Positions 35,704-45,448 of a stretch of DNA of 64,000 nt are shown piece after piece (the stretch's first letter is position 1; the number at the start of each line of letters is the position of its first letter). The translations under genes and the position numbers were made by a program. The notes under the pieces are model-generated. The model ran no database searches. It saw only the letters and a list, made by a program, of their open reading frames with translations, and was not told where the DNA came from. The stretch is taken from positions 1 through 64,000 of IMG/VR virus record IMGVR_UViG_3300009081_000009; one strand, given 5' to 3'. This DNA comes from a virus.

Positions 35704-36759
35704 TTATTTTTTCCCCGAATTCATTACTTGATCCACTGAAACAGGTTTAATATTTTTATTTATTTCATCTTCATCAGGTGCTGATAGTATTTTACTCGCA
35801 TTAGATTCAGTAGGTTTAGATTCTTCTGTGTTTGTATTTACTATATCATTTACATCCACAGCTTCCGGTTCTACTGGTTCTTCTTCGATTGTGTCATCTT
35901 GAATTATGTTATTAACTGGCTCAGTTTTTAATTCAGGTTCTTTATTAATATTTTTAGATTCAACTGCATCATTTGCATCATTTAAAATATCAGATGCTCC
36001 ACTTTCAATATCTTTATTAAGTTGTTCACCAGCAGCATATAATGAATCTAATATAGGCTTACTCTCAGAAGGTGGTATTTCACGAGGTTTGCCACTTTCT
36101 GGCTGGGTTGGTTCTTTTATTTGTTCAATAGGAGTCTCACCTGAATCAACCTTTTCGGTTTTTTCAGTATCGACTTTATTCTTATTATCAAATTTTCGCA
36201 CTGCACTTACTATCTGGAATGCATTAGCAGGAAACACCTTAAATATTGCATGTAAATGTTTACACATGGTATTACTACCAGATGGATCTCGTATCACAGG
36301 AGCACTTGGTGCAGTTTGTGCGTTTTTTACTAGAGTTGGGTTTCCTTGTGCAAGTGATCCTTTATATTTACCATTTGGGCCACCATTATGCATCATACCA
36401 GCCCAATAAAAATCAGGACAATTACAATGAACTCTAACATCGGATTGAGTTAATATACTTTTGAATTTTTTTGGTTCCCATTTACTAACTAATGAAAATA
36501 ATCCACCTTCGGATGGGACTACGATTTCTACGACAGCATTGTATTTTAAGTTAGCGTCAGATGCACTCTGAACTTGCCAATGAGTTGCAGTATGTCCATC
36601 TGGGGTCTCATCTACATACTTATAAAATGCACCAAGTCCAGTTGCACGTGATTTTCTAGCTGGATCAACATGACTATCCAATTCAACAAATGAATGTTCC
36701 ATCAAAGGTTTTGGATATGTTGTCTGTAGATTTTCCAATAATTTTTTTACATTTATCAT
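35704..36759 (-). CDS. SWIM zinc-finger-containing protein
   Basis: VHCNCPDFYW...MCKHL motif; acidic low-complexity tail. Confidence 0.65.
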   Translation of the reverse strand: MINVKKLLENLQTTYPKPLMEHSFVELDSHVDPARKSRATGLGAFYKYVDETPDGHTATHWQVQSASDANLKYNAVVEIVVPSEGGLFSLVSKWEPKKFKSILTQSDVRVHCNCPDFYWAGMMHNGGPNGKYKGSLAQGNPTLVKNAQTAPSAPVIRDPSGSNTMCKHLHAIFKVFPANAFQIVSAVRKFDNKNKVDTEKTEKVDSGETPIEQIKEPTQPESGKPREIPPSESKPILDSLYAAGEQLNKDIESGASDILNDANDAVESKNINKEPELKTEPVNNIIQDDTIEEEPVEPEAVDVNDIVNTNTEESKPTESNASKILSAPDEDEINKNIKPVSVDQVMNSGKK

Positions 36760-37661
36760 TATTCCACCGGATGAAATAAAAGATTATACTCAGTTTTATT
36801 CAGAATCATAATTAATTCAGAATCATTTATTTTAACAAATATTATATATTTGTCTGATTCATCTTTTAAACTAATATATTCGATTAATTCCTCACTTCCC
36901 GATTTTTTTGATCCCAATATCGCATATTTCTCACCAGTATCTGGTCTAGTTATTGAATTCTCGCGTTTTGTGTAATATGTATCAATATAACTAACAGGAA
37001 CTTCTCCCTTTGTGAGGACTGAATTAGTTCCCTTATTTGAATTAAAACATAAATATTTATCACCTTTACCAATATCAGATTCTTTACAAAATAGTAAATT
37101 CCTATATAATTCTTTCTTTGCATCTGATGTTACATTTAATATCTGCTTTATATCAGATTTAGTTAACAACCCATCAAGCATAGACTCATCTGCATTTTTT
37201 AAGTCTTCACTTAATTTAATTTCAGGATATCCATGAGATTTATCAATTAATGTCTTTGTCTTCGTTTCTTTAGGTTGTTTCGATTCAGGATCTTTAGGAG
37301 TATCTTTACTCACCAGTGCATCCTTTGGTTCTTTTTTGACTGTTTCTTTTGGTATTTCTACCGTTGCCTTTTTATTAACTGGTGTATCTTTTTCTATGTA
37401 AGGTTCTACTTTACTGACAGGCTCTTTCTTTTTGGATATATCATATATTTTCTTACCACCATCAGATTTACTATCCAATTCCATCAAATCAGGTCTTGTG
37501 CTTCTACTAGGTGGTGCTTGTTTTGGTGATTCACTACGTCTAGGTATTAATCCATTAGCTTCCAATAACGGTAATATTGAATCATTATTAGCAGAATCAA
37601 CCTTTTTTAGATAGTTTCCTTTCAGTGCTTCGCATAAAATTAAAAGATCCTGTTTTTTCAT
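36759..37661 (-). CDS. Hypothetical late protein
   Basis: 300 aa; TATAAACT at 37683-37690 and GAGG SD. Confidence 0.55.
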   Translation of the reverse strand: MKKQDLLILCEALKGNYLKKVDSANNDSILPLLEANGLIPRRSESPKQAPPSRSTRPDLMELDSKSDGGKKIYDISKKKEPVSKVEPYIEKDTPVNKKATVEIPKETVKKEPKDALVSKDTPKDPESKQPKETKTKTLIDKSHGYPEIKLSEDLKNADESMLDGLLTKSDIKQILNVTSDAKKELYRNLLFCKESDIGKGDKYLCFNSNKGTNSVLTKGEVPVSYIDTYYTKRENSITRPDTGEKYAILGSKKSGSEELIEYISLKDESDKYIIFVKINDSELIMILNKTEYNLLFHPVE

Positions 37662-37693
37662 ATAAATTCCTCGATTATAAGAAGTTTATAAAA

Positions 37694-37843
37694 AAGGGAA
37701 AACATAAATGGTATTTCTATTGTTATTGTAATTCTTATCTTTTTCCTTATTAATTTTAATAATTTTATTATTTTTTGATTTATTTAGTGATTTTCATTTT
37801 TTTATTTCAATTTCAGATATTAAGGGAAAACATAAATGGTATT
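37694..37843. repeat. Two 22-bp direct repeats AAGGGAAAACATAAATGGTATT flanking a T-rich tract (origin-like)
   Basis: Exact copies at 37694-37715 and 37822-37843. Confidence 0.85.
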
Positions 37844-37941
37844 CCTTTATTATTTATTCTAATTCTTATTTCTTCTTATAAACTTGACATATATTTGAAT
37901 CAGAATCTTAATTTTTTTACTTTTTACGTATATTTATCATA

Positions 37942-39369
37942 ATGGATACAAATCCGATCATTATTCAAGTGCCGATTCAGTTAAAAACTGATCTTTTAGG
38001 GTTATTGTTGCGCAATAAGCCTAAATTTGCATTTAATATTGATTATTTTTTATATGTCGTAGGGAAGATCATTCAAATTCCTCAATATAATTCAAAACTA
38101 AAAAATCTAAATAAAATTCCTTTATATTCTAAAATTCTTAGATATGAGTTAGGAAAGAATTATAGAAAGTATTTAGATTACATGATAGATAACAAATTAA
38201 TAGAAACTGACAATCATTATATTGTGTCGAGTCCATTAATTAATGGTAAATGTAAATGTTATGGATTATCACCAAAATATAGAAATGCGCCATTAGTCGA
38301 TCATGAGATAACCAGAAAAACACTATTAAAACAAATCATTAAATGGAAACTGAAAACCTTTGGAAATGTAAGTAATGATGAATTGCTTATTAAATTATAT
38401 GGTATGTTAGATGGATTTTCAATAGATATGGATGGAGCAACAAAATATCTATCTGATTCATTACATGCGAATGAAATAAGTCAGAAACAATATGATATAG
38501 AATTGCATAAGTGTGAGAAAATAAATAATAAATCTAATCCTAATCTGGGTTTATTCATATCAAAAGACTCATATAATCGAGTTCATACTAATTTCACTAA
38601 TATATCAAAAAATATACGAGAGAAATTTTTATTTCATAAAGGACATAAAGTAAAGGGTATTGATATAGTGTCATCTCAGGCATCTTTGCTATGCTCATTG
38701 TTCAGAGATTATGCCGATAAAATGACTAATAGTATAAAAAATCCATTAGAATTGCAGAGAGATGACTTTAGATATGATTTACGTGATAAATATGTGAATA
38801 AAAACAATAATTATAACGGTGATCCTATTCATAACGATATTAATAGTGAATTTTCATTATTTGGTCTTTCTCACATTGATAATACTGAATCAATGTTACA
38901 TAAGGAAATTAAAAAATTCACTAGCATTATGTCTATAGGTGGAATTTATGAATTTTTTCAGGAAAAATATGATGATTTATTTTCTGTAACGAAAACTAGA
39001 TCTGAGGTAAAAAAACGATGGATTGCTTATGTATTCGGTGCATATCAAGATGGAATCAACATAAAAAATGAAGAAAAATACATGATTCATAGCATATGGA
39101 AGCATGAATTTCCTACACTAACTAAGTTATTGAATCATTTTAAGTTATATGATTATAAAACATTGGCTCATAAACTACAGCGAATCGAAGCTGATTTAAT
39201 ATTTAATAAAGTATGTCCTGAAATAGATTCTAGGTTGGGTATCGAATATTGTACTGTGCATGACTCACTCATTGTTGAAGAACAATATTGCGAAGATGTC
39301 GCATTGATTTTTAATGAAATACTGGAAAAAAATCATATAATGACCTATGTAAAATTCGATGATGAGTAG
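37942..39369 (+). CDS. Family-A-like polymerase-palm protein (TV-Pol-like, replication-associated)
   Basis: RVHTNFTN, GIDIVSSQ (motif A Asp), LQRIEA, TVHDSL (motif C); wHTH-like N-terminus. Confidence 0.6.
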   Translation: MDTNPIIIQVPIQLKTDLLGLLLRNKPKFAFNIDYFLYVVGKIIQIPQYNSKLKNLNKIPLYSKILRYELGKNYRKYLDYMIDNKLIETDNHYIVSSPLINGKCKCYGLSPKYRNAPLVDHEITRKTLLKQIIKWKLKTFGNVSNDELLIKLYGMLDGFSIDMDGATKYLSDSLHANEISQKQYDIELHKCEKINNKSNPNLGLFISKDSYNRVHTNFTNISKNIREKFLFHKGHKVKGIDIVSSQASLLCSLFRDYADKMTNSIKNPLELQRDDFRYDLRDKYVNKNNNYNGDPIHNDINSEFSLFGLSHIDNTESMLHKEIKKFTSIMSIGGIYEFFQEKYDDLFSVTKTRSEVKKRWIAYVFGAYQDGINIKNEEKYMIHSIWKHEFPTLTKLLNHFKLYDYKTLAHKLQRIEADLIFNKVCPEIDSRLGIEYCTVHDSLIVEEQYCEDVALIFNEILEKNHIMTYVKFDDE

Positions 39370-39414
39370 TTGAATAACATATATTTCATATTAAGATCAT
39401 ATGGAATATTAATT

Positions 39415-39657
39415 ATGAAACGTGTAGGAATTATAGAGATTGGTAAAATTAGTATAGATGTTATTGGATTCGGTGAGTGGATATGCGAAGAGACTGTATT
39501 CGATGATGATATTGGTATTGAATTATCAATGCCTAAAGTAAAATTAGACTCAGGTGAAGAAATATTAGTTCGAGATGCTATGATAGCGGAAGAATATATA
39601 ATATTAAAAGAAATCGATTCATATAAAAGTAAAGGATTTATAATTAATCGTAAGTGA
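39415..39657 (+). CDS. Hypothetical protein
   Basis: MKRVGIIEIG...; ATG 39415 chosen over the track's TTG start. Confidence 0.45.
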   Translation: MKRVGIIEIGKISIDVIGFGEWICEETVFDDDIGIELSMPKVKLDSGEEILVRDAMIAEEYIILKEIDSYKSKGFIINRK

Positions 39658-39704
39658 GTTATAAACATATATGTAAACAATAATCATACACCGGGATTGA
39701 TAAA

Positions 39705-39983
39705 ATGGACATCAATTGGTATAATGTTAAGATAGATGGTACTTCAAAAAGTAATGAATTACTTGAAATGCCAAATAAAATGGGTAAATACGGTAAAAGA
39801 CGTGAATTAGAACCATTAGTTCGTAGGTTATATAAAGAACGTAGAGAAACTGATAAACTATTATCTCATATTAAATATACAATGGAAACATTTAGATCCC
39901 AATTTTCTAAGGATGATAATGAAGGTATGGTTAATAATTGCAATGCTATTATTCACAAAATAAATACAAATATTAATGAGTGA
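39705..39983 (+). CDS. Hypothetical protein
   Basis: 92-aa ORF. Confidence 0.45.
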   Translation: MDINWYNVKIDGTSKSNELLEMPNKMGKYGKRRELEPLVRRLYKERRETDKLLSHIKYTMETFRSQFSKDDNEGMVNNCNAIIHKINTNINE

Positions 39984-39984
39984 T

Positions 39985-40428
39985 TTACAACAGTAAGTCA
40001 TTAATTAAATTTGTTCGTTTTTCCATAATTAACTTACCTAATATATTAGAACCTACTGGTGGTGTTGATTTTAGACATACACCCCAATAGGTATCATTCC
40101 ACCAATTACCTTCCTGTATATATTCAGATCCAGTTTCTATTAATTTACTTCTATATGGTTCTTGATCATATTTTTGATCAATGCATAATTTCATAATAAC
40201 TAATTTTTTTACATCCCAATCAGATGGCAATGTTAATTCACGACCTTGTTTTTTGATTATCGCTGGATTCAATTCAGTTCTGCAAAATTCCTTCCATTCT
40301 ATTGAATCAGATTTAGCTGATACATATGCGTGTTCAACTGATGAATATTCAATTCCATCGAGTACTATTATACATGGTTTAAAATTTGATAACCATTCAT
40401 ATTTTTCTGATTTAAAATGTTCTATCAT
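39985..40428 (-). CDS. NADAR (YbiA-like) family protein
   Basis: WLSNF, SVEHAY.SAK, EGNWWNDTYWG, N.LGKLIMEKR. Confidence 0.9.
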   Translation of the reverse strand: MIEHFKSEKYEWLSNFKPCIIVLDGIEYSSVEHAYVSAKSDSIEWKEFCRTELNPAIIKKQGRELTLPSDWDVKKLVIMKLCIDQKYDQEPYRSKLIETGSEYIQEGNWWNDTYWGVCLKSTPPVGSNILGKLIMEKRTNLINDLLL

Positions 40429-40472
40429 ACGATAAATATAGAAAAATATTCTATTTTTAAGTAGAGGTATCC

Positions 40473-41495
40473 ATGTTTACAGTAATAATACCATTTATGA
40501 ATCTCAATCAACAATTTAGATTACGTAATCTAATTTATGTTATCGAGAATTATAAAAGAATAGCACCTGATTTTGATATTATAGTGATAGAACAGAATGG
40601 TGATGGGTTGGTTGAGTCGTTATTAGCTGAGTATGATAACGTCAAACATATTAATTTATCTATAAATAACAAGTTATTTCATAAAACCAGATTATTAAAT
40701 TATGCTATTGATTCATGTAATAGTGAATATATAATAATGTCGGATGCTGATTGTGTGATTTCGATTAATGGTATCGATATAATACGAAGTCATTACGCTG
40801 ATGGTAGTATAATATATCCATTTAATGTGGTTGATTATTATAATGAAGGATATACTAGAAAATACATCAAGGGTGAGGCATTTACTAAATATAGTATAGA
40901 CTCTAGAAATCTTCCAATTAAACGATTTACTGGATTGATTAACTGTTTTAGTAGATCAACGTATAATAAAGTTGGTAAATTCGATGAAGAATTCATTGGA
41001 TGGGGGTCAGAGGATGATGCCTTTGTTATTAAGTGTGAACGAGTGTGTGGTGCTGTGTATCGAAGTGATTTAGATTCAATGTTGATTCATTTATTCCACC
41101 CAAAATGCGATACCGATTCATATAAAAACAGTTCTGAATTTATTGATAATAAGAAACGAGCTGCTGTTATTAAACGAATGAGTGATGATGACCTATTTGA
41201 ATACGTAAATAAAAAGACCACATTAAAGGAGTTAATATCTAAGTATGAATCTATGAATATGATGGATCTAACTCTAAAATGGAAATTAAATAATGCTGTC
41301 GTGACGTTGGATAGTACTATATATGATATAGGTTCATTTGATAATATGTCAATCACTAGAATATTAAAATCTATTTATGATATAGATGGAAAGGATTTTA
41401 TGTTATCTATAGTTGAATTGATTTATAGTAAAGTGACTGATTTGTCTATATCACAACGAGACGAAATCGATTCCTGTATCAAAATGTGTGTTTAA
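40473..41495 (+). CDS. Glycosyltransferase (GT-A, GT2/GT7-like)
   Basis: VIIPF, IIVIEQ, DAD, FDEEFIGWGSEDD, HLFH. Confidence 0.85.
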   Translation: MFTVIIPFMNLNQQFRLRNLIYVIENYKRIAPDFDIIVIEQNGDGLVESLLAEYDNVKHINLSINNKLFHKTRLLNYAIDSCNSEYIIMSDADCVISINGIDIIRSHYADGSIIYPFNVVDYYNEGYTRKYIKGEAFTKYSIDSRNLPIKRFTGLINCFSRSTYNKVGKFDEEFIGWGSEDDAFVIKCERVCGAVYRSDLDSMLIHLFHPKCDTDSYKNSSEFIDNKKRAAVIKRMSDDDLFEYVNKKTTLKELISKYESMNMMDLTLKWKLNNAVVTLDSTIYDIGSFDNMSITRILKSIYDIDGKDFMLSIVELIYSKVTDLSISQRDEIDSCIKMCV

Positions 41496-41577
41496 TCACT
41501 AAGTGATCCTTATCACCTACAAATAAAGGAAAAAAGTTCTATATTGTATATATAAGAAACTCAACAAGGATATATTT

Positions 41578-42480
41578 ATGGAACTCATTGCACTAGGAAC
41601 CGGAAACTCCAGAACTAAGAAAAACTGGCAATCAAACTTTCTATTTAGACAGAATCAAAAAACCATGGCTCTTGACTTTGGTACATATGCGCCTCTTGCT
41701 CTCGAAGAGAATCATATGACTACATTGGATTTAGATGCTATCTATATTAGTCACCTACATGCAGATCATACAGGTGGTCTTGAAGAATTGCTATTTGATA
41801 CATACTTTAATCCAAAAGCAAAACGACCTACATTATATTGCCAAGGTGAATATATTCGTGACTCCGAATCAAATACAATTATAAAAAGTGGATTAGTATC
41901 TGATTTATGGGATCATACTCTATCAGGTGGTGCAATTGGGTTAGAAGGAAAGATAGCAACGTTAGATACATATTTTGATGTGCGTGCTGTAAAGGATAAC
42001 TCATCTTTCATATGGGAAGGTGTTAAATTCGATATTGTCCAAACTATACATATTTGTGCGAAATATAGAATTGAAAATAGTTTTGGTCTTATGTGGAATG
42101 ATCCAGATACAAAGGAACGCATATACATAACAACCGATACACAATTCTGTCCAGTTAATGCAGCAATGGCGTATTTAAGAGAAGCTGATATTATTTATCA
42201 CGACTGCGAAACTACGCCATTTAAGAGTGGCGTTCATGCCCATTATAGCGAATTGGTAACATTACCAGCAGAAATAAAAGCTAAGATGTGGTTATATCAT
42301 TTTGATGATAGTATTATCATGAACTGGGATGTAATGAATGAAAAGGCTAAAAATGATGGATTCCTTGGATTCGTTCCAACGGGTGCTGTATTTGATCTTC
42401 ATTACAATAAATACAGTGTTGGTATGATTGGTAAGCAATCACATCATAATGAATACATGAAGACTCGAAATGCAGCATAA
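41578..42480 (+). CDS. MBL-fold metallo-hydrolase, Apyc1 (anti-Pycsar)-like
   Basis: LGTG, ISHLHADHTGGLEE, LWDHTLSGG, TLDTYFDV, TDTQF, HDCE, VHAHYSEL..LP, LYHF. Confidence 0.75.
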   Translation: MELIALGTGNSRTKKNWQSNFLFRQNQKTMALDFGTYAPLALEENHMTTLDLDAIYISHLHADHTGGLEELLFDTYFNPKAKRPTLYCQGEYIRDSESNTIIKSGLVSDLWDHTLSGGAIGLEGKIATLDTYFDVRAVKDNSSFIWEGVKFDIVQTIHICAKYRIENSFGLMWNDPDTKERIYITTDTQFCPVNAAMAYLREADIIYHDCETTPFKSGVHAHYSELVTLPAEIKAKMWLYHFDDSIIMNWDVMNEKAKNDGFLGFVPTGAVFDLHYNKYSVGMIGKQSHHNEYMKTRNAA

Positions 42481-42955
42481 GATATATGCAGGAATAGGAT
42501 CTAGGGAAACCCCTAGATCCATTTTAGATATAATGACATCATGTGCATCTAGATTGGAAGCATTAAATTATACATTACGCAGTGGGCATGCTATTGGAGC
42601 AGACACTGCATTTGAATGTAATGTTCATAAAAAAGAAATTTTTATAGCAGATGATGCAACTTCGGATTCGATTGAATTAGCTTCTCATTTTCATGGATAT
42701 TGGGATAAATGTTCGTCATATGCTAAAAAGTTACATGGGCGAAATTCAATGATTCTATTAGGTAAGAATCTGGATACTCCAGTTAGGTTCGTTATATGTT
42801 GGACTAAAGATGGCAAAGATACTGGTGGTACTGGATTAGGAATACGAATAGCAGAAGCCTATAAAATTCCTGTATTCAATCTATATAATTATGATACAAA
42901 GATACGATTATTAGAATTTATTGGTATGAAATCATCTGATATCGATGTATTATGA
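42470..42955 (+). CDS. SLOG/DprA-like phage protein
   Basis: YAGIGSRETP, LRSGHAIGAD, ICWT..G..GGTG. Confidence 0.8.
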   Translation: MQHKIYAGIGSRETPRSILDIMTSCASRLEALNYTLRSGHAIGADTAFECNVHKKEIFIADDATSDSIELASHFHGYWDKCSSYAKKLHGRNSMILLGKNLDTPVRFVICWTKDGKDTGGTGLGIRIAEAYKIPVFNLYNYDTKIRLLEFIGMKSSDIDVL

Positions 42956-42969
42956 ACTATATTTAAAAC

Positions 42970-43956
42970 ATGTCCGTAAATTACTACCAAATCCTTGAAA
43001 TTTCTCAAAATGCATCTGAAAGTGATATAAAAATATCATTTAAGAAATTAGCAGTTAAATACCATCCAGATAAACATAGCGGATTTGAGGATAAATTTAA
43101 AGAAATTAATGAGGCATACTCAACATTATCAGATCCTATTAAACGAAAGGAATATGATACTAAATTATCATTTTCATCTCAATTTAAGCGATGGGGTGCT
43201 GCGTTTGGAAAGCCAACTACAGCAACTAATTTTTCTCAGACGGCAAAGAAAGAAGCCCCTAAAGGTACTGATATACATGTATTTGCTGATGTTACATTAG
43301 ATGATTGTATACATGGTGCAAAAAAGATTATTACGGTAGAGTATGGATCGAGATGTCCATTATGTGATGGAACTGGTGCAAAAACACGAAAAAAATGTAC
43401 TGTATGTAAAGGCATCGGAATGGTAAAGAAAATTATTGATGGAGAAATTAAACCAGCACCTTGTACTAGCTGTAATAATTCAGGATTAATAATCGATGAT
43501 GTGTGTTTACATTGTAAAGGAACTGGATTAACTAAATCGAGTCGAGATATTGAGATAACAATTTCGAAAGGAATGAAAGATGGGGATGAAATCACTATAA
43601 AAGGAAGCGGTAATGCTGGATTTAATGGTGGTGCTTATGGTGATGTTAAGATATTTATTAATGAACTGCCTCATAAAGAATATACTCGTCATGGCAATGA
43701 TTTAAACATGAAATACGAAGTTTCTCCTATTGATCTTATACTGGGTAAAGAAATAATTGTAAATACTCCATATGGAATTGTAAATACAACTATCCCAATG
43801 GGAACACAGGTAAATTCTAGAATTAGAATTAAAGGTAAAGGAATATTGGATGGTGATTTATATGTTGGGTTTAACACTATAATACCAACTAATATTTCGG
43901 ATGATGAGATTGAATTATATAAAGAACTGAGAAAAATGGAATTTTCAAACCTATAA
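42970..43956 (+). CDS. dnaJ: DnaJ molecular chaperone
   Basis: J domain with HPD, four CxxCxGxG-type repeats, C-terminal domain. Confidence 0.95.
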   Translation: MSVNYYQILEISQNASESDIKISFKKLAVKYHPDKHSGFEDKFKEINEAYSTLSDPIKRKEYDTKLSFSSQFKRWGAAFGKPTTATNFSQTAKKEAPKGTDIHVFADVTLDDCIHGAKKIITVEYGSRCPLCDGTGAKTRKKCTVCKGIGMVKKIIDGEIKPAPCTSCNNSGLIIDDVCLHCKGTGLTKSSRDIEITISKGMKDGDEITIKGSGNAGFNGGAYGDVKIFINELPHKEYTRHGNDLNMKYEVSPIDLILGKEIIVNTPYGIVNTTIPMGTQVNSRIRIKGKGILDGDLYVGFNTIIPTNISDDEIELYKELRKMEFSNL

Positions 43957-43995
43957 TAAATTATATTTAGATTATAAATTAAGGAATTAATAATT

Positions 43996-44334
43996 ATGAA
44001 CGAAGTTACTAAATCGCTCACGCTTGAAGATCGTTACAGACTTAGCATGTATAGCCGTAAGTTGCCATGTACTCTTAGATTACGATTGGTTATAAATGAT
44101 TTTTTGAGTCAGATTGAGATTACGTCTGATGAGATGAAAAAATTTGAAGTATCAATTGATCCGACTACTATGGCATTCAACTGCAATGATTCGGAATATA
44201 CAGTAGATTATACTGGATTTCCTCAAGATATTATCATTGCTATGACTAGATATGTATCATTATTGGATACGGAAAAAAATGCTGATAATGTACTGTTACA
44301 GAAAACATTGTTAACATTCAAGAAAATAATATAA
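43996..44334 (+). CDS. Hypothetical protein
   Basis: 112-aa ORF with AAGGA SD. Confidence 0.55.
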   Translation: MNEVTKSLTLEDRYRLSMYSRKLPCTLRLRLVINDFLSQIEITSDEMKKFEVSIDPTTMAFNCNDSEYTVDYTGFPQDIIIAMTRYVSLLDTEKNADNVLLQKTLLTFKKII

Positions 44335-44335
44335 T

Positions 44336-45352
44336 ATGAAGCATAATAATTCAGTAGTGAGAATTTATAATTTTGATTTGGATGAATGCATTAGTGAATT
44401 CAAAAATTCATTTAATGATATAACCAAATCAAAGAATTCACAAGGAATTCATACATTCCTATTTTCATCATATAATGATCAGAAAGTCACTACTGAATTA
44501 GTATATTGTTCTATATATGAAAAAACCGTCATATTTTATGTTAGTCAAGCAGCTATCCAATTAAATATTGGATATAGAAAGGCTGAACCTACTGATGGAG
44601 ATGAATCAGAAGATAATATGGAAGAACCTGAATTTGAAATATTAGGTGGTGAAGTTCTTCCTATTGGTGGCAATACATTTGATTTAATGGCAAATGAAGC
44701 TAAATCGGATGTTTATTATATAGGACGATATAATAAAAATACCAATATTATGGAATTAAGTCGGAATTTAATATCATCAAACATGTATGAATTAAATTCT
44801 CTTAGACTTAGTGACGAATTACGTCTATCAATTCTGAATCATACTCATCCAGATGTATCACATATAGGAACCCATGTGATAGATGGGAATTATTATGATA
44901 TATACACTATTCCGGTTAATAGTTCACTAAAAATAAATCAAATAGACGGTATTGGTGATGATGATAATAATAGAGATGTCGAATTAATGATTGTCAATAG
45001 TCATCCTGATATTTTATATCTAGGTGATTGTTGTAATATGAACGGCTTTTTTTATAGTATGTATACACTAAATAAGTCAGAAGAATTGAATAATGCAATG
45101 AATTTGATAGAAAATGAGCTAATTGATACTAATAATTTGATTATTGATGATAGTGAATTAGTTGATACATCGATTGACTTTTTTAATGATAGAATAAATC
45201 AGTATAAGAGTGATATTAATATAGCAATTGAAAAAGAAGAACCACCTATGAATATAGATGAAAATCCATTCGCTAATGGCTTTTTTGATAATATGAATGG
45301 GGATAAGAGACAAACTAAACCACTAAATGCACCTCGTAGACTAGGTGAATAA
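44336..45352 (+). CDS. Hypothetical acidic protein
   Basis: 338-aa ORF. Confidence 0.55.
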   Translation: MKHNNSVVRIYNFDLDECISEFKNSFNDITKSKNSQGIHTFLFSSYNDQKVTTELVYCSIYEKTVIFYVSQAAIQLNIGYRKAEPTDGDESEDNMEEPEFEILGGEVLPIGGNTFDLMANEAKSDVYYIGRYNKNTNIMELSRNLISSNMYELNSLRLSDELRLSILNHTHPDVSHIGTHVIDGNYYDIYTIPVNSSLKINQIDGIGDDDNNRDVELMIVNSHPDILYLGDCCNMNGFFYSMYTLNKSEELNNAMNLIENELIDTNNLIIDDSELVDTSIDFFNDRINQYKSDINIAIEKEEPPMNIDENPFANGFFDNMNGDKRQTKPLNAPRRLGE

Positions 45353-45377
45353 CCGAAAATCTAGATAAAAAAGAAAG

Positions 45378-45415
45378 AAACCCATTAAATAATAAAAATT
45401 TTAATGGGTTTTTTA
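45378..45415 (+). terminator. Intrinsic terminator
   Basis: AAACCCATTAAA...TTTAATGGGTTT followed by a T-run. Confidence 0.7.
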
Positions 45416-45448
45416 TTATAAACTATTGAAAACTCACTGAATTTACAT

